Virus record (IMG/VR): IMGVR_UViG_3300044837_000080
Span: 1 to 56,618 of that record
Length of the DNA stretch: 56,618 nt
Origin: a virus
Lineage: Duplodnaviria > Caudoviricetes
Direction: 5' to 3' (one strand)
Positions 54,979 to 56,618 of this stretch are shown here, piece after piece. Within the stretch, counting starts at the first letter, position 1; every line of letters begins with the position of its first letter. A program made the position numbers and the translations under genes. The notes beneath the pieces were generated by a model. It saw only the letters and a program-made list of their open reading frames with translations. It ran no database searches and had not been told where the DNA came from.

Positions 54979-55406
54979 GGGAGCGTCATCGGTTCCAGTG
55001 ACCAGAACAGGATCACAGCCGGAGTGTCTTCAGGCATCCCCATGTCCACCAGGACTACCGATCTCAGGTGATCTAGGATCTCCGCTCGGCTCCGGGAGGA
55101 TGTCTCCGCAATGGGCATGACGTAGTTACGCGTAACGGTCTGAGTATCCATGCCGGTATGGCTGTACTGGAGAGTGATCACCGCGTGGTACTCGGTCACG
55201 GGAACCGCGTACCTGATCTCACCACGTGCCACCCTTCCCGCCCATTCCAGGATGATGCCTTCTACGGGACGTTCATCCCCCGAGAGACCAGGCATGAGAT
55301 CGAGTAGGCCGCCTACCAGACGGTTATACCGTTTTTGTACCTCCCTAAGTTCCACTAGTTCCTGTGCCTGGTACTCGATTCGTGAATCTCTGCCGTCCGG
55401 TGCCAT
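54975..55406 (-). CDS. Hypothetical protein
   Basis: GGAGAG SD; C-terminal FWSLEP. Confidence 0.65.
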   Translation of the reverse strand: MAPDGRDSRIEYQAQELVELREVQKRYNRLVGGLLDLMPGLSGDERPVEGIILEWAGRVARGEIRYAVPVTEYHAVITLQYSHTGMDTQTVTRNYVMPIAETSSRSRAEILDHLRSVVLVDMGMPEDTPAVILFWSLEPMTLP

Positions 55407-55527
55407 GTGCTCTCCGTTCCGGTTCCGAATCGGAACCTACTTACGTTCCCTTGATCGTTACCACTCTGGTACACAGTGGTACGCATCTAAGCTTGACAGT
55501 TAGTCAGCGGTACGTCAAGCTTGGTAT

Positions 55528-55806
55528 ATGGCACACGACATGGAACCGTTCCGGAAAAACGTACCGGACACGTACCCCGAGCCTCACGGCGAGTGGTACG
55601 CGGCTCAGGTAGCGGACGTGCCTTCATGGATGGAAGCTCGTCCCACGTACCACGCTGATGACAAGATCGGGAAGGTGTGGTCTGACGTGATGGTCTGGCC
55701 GCGCCGGCTCGCTATCGCGTTCCTATGGATCACAGATGTCTGGTGGAAGTCCGGGATAGCCGTCCTGATCGTGGTCATCCTCACTCTGATGTACCAGCAT
55801 CGCTAA
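55528..55806 (+). CDS. Small membrane protein leading the DUF2637-traB operon
   Basis: C-terminal TM segment; TTGACA at about 55493 upstream. Confidence 0.65.
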   Translation: MAHDMEPFRKNVPDTYPEPHGEWYAAQVADVPSWMEARPTYHADDKIGKVWSDVMVWPRRLAIAFLWITDVWWKSGIAVLIVVILTLMYQHR

Positions 55807-55836
55807 CGTGCCAGAACGGCACAAGGAAGGAACGTC

Positions 55837-56618
55837 ATGCAAGTAGGCCGGATTTCTCGCAACATCACACGCGGGATAACCGTAGGGATCATGGCAGCCG
55901 GCGTCACGACTGCCACAGCGGTAGGGTTCGCACAGTCCTACGCCGGTCTCTACGGTTGGGCCGGCGAACACAAGCTCTCCGGCTGGAAGGCGCAAAGTTT
56001 CCCGCTACTGGTGGACGTATTCATCCTGGTAGGGGAGCTAGGTCTGTTCCTTCTGGCGCTGGATGGTTTCCGACTCCAGGCTAAGAAAGTGCTCTCGTGG
56101 ACAGATCTCTTGATCCCAGCCGCTGTGGCATCCGCTGGTTGGGGAGTCTCCCTCGTGTTCAACATTGGGCACGTAGAGAACGCGTCACGCGGTGACCAGT
56201 TCACAGCCGGGATTCCCCCGATCACTGCCATGATCGGGCTCTTCGTTCTGTTCCGTACCATCCATCGCTACATGGCAGCCTCTGATCGGAAGGCGAACCA
56301 GTCCGGTACGGAGCTGGACATCATGGCTCCGGTGTTCGTGCCAGTGAACGGGGTACCGGCACAGAGCCCCGTACCAGCACTGGCACAGCCGGTCGTGCCA
56401 GCGGTGACCACTCCGGCACCGAGCCCTATACCGGCGGTACAGCCTCCCGTACCAGCACTGGCACAGCTACAGCCTCTCGTGCCGGCTCCGAGCACAGAAG
56501 CCGTACCGACAGCCGTACCGGCTGACGTACCGGCACAGGATCCGGGTACGAACCAGGTACCGGAGCGTGCCAATGGAACGCCGGCCGGTACGTGGCCGGT
56601 ACACCACGCGGAATGGAA
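55837..56618 (+). CDS. DUF2637/SpdA-like protein, second allele (true 5' end, runs off the window)
   Basis: AAGGAAGG SD; MQVGRISRN... in frame with MAAGVTT. Confidence 0.8.
   Translation, partial: MQVGRISRNITRGITVGIMAAGVTTATAVGFAQSYAGLYGWAGEHKLSGWKAQSFPLLVDVFILVGELGLFLLALDGFRLQAKKVLSWTDLLIPAAVASAGWGVSLVFNIGHVENASRGDQFTAGIPPITAMIGLFVLFRTIHRYMAASDRKANQSGTELDIMAPVFVPVNGVPAQSPVPALAQPVVPAVTTPAPSPIPAVQPPVPALAQLQPLVPAPSTEAVPTAVPADVPAQDPGTNQVPERANGTPAGTWPVHHAEW
55890..56618. repeat. Terminal direct repeat/circular overlap, copy B
   Basis: Matches 1-741. Confidence 0.95.

Noticed and set aside
1-56618. Integrase/attP, ParAB, tRNA, reverse transcriptase/DGR
   Set aside because: No recognisable motifs found by eye; absence needs HMM and tRNA-scan confirmation

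Overview
The window looks like an essentially complete (~55.9 kb), circularly assembled siphovirus genome of a filamentous actinomycete. The ends overlap: 1-741 matches 55890-56618, with a diverged middle. Modules: (i) an AICE/Streptomyces-plasmid-type conjugation cluster spanning the junction (DUF2637/Spd-like membrane protein, TraB-like FtsK/SpoIIIE translocase, small membrane ORFs, GTAC-rich repeats, an exact 88-bp tandem repeat); (ii) two oppositely oriented arrays of promoter-small ORF-terminator cassettes (about 4.8-11.5 kb on +, 29.0-32.5 kb on -) sharing one TTGACGGGATG promoter and one CCCCGAGCCG..CGGCTCGGGG hairpin; (iii) replication/recombination genes (PD-(D/E)XK exonuclease, SF2 helicase, family A polymerase, Dam-like methylase, primase-helicase followed by GGACGCAC iterons, RusA); (iv) head, tail and lysis genes (32.9-53.1 kb). 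I recognised no integrase, ParAB, tRNA or CRISPR. The leading hypothesis is a phage-plasmid that spreads both as virions and by TraB-mediated mycelial conjugation. All calls are from motif recognition by eye; no database searches were run.
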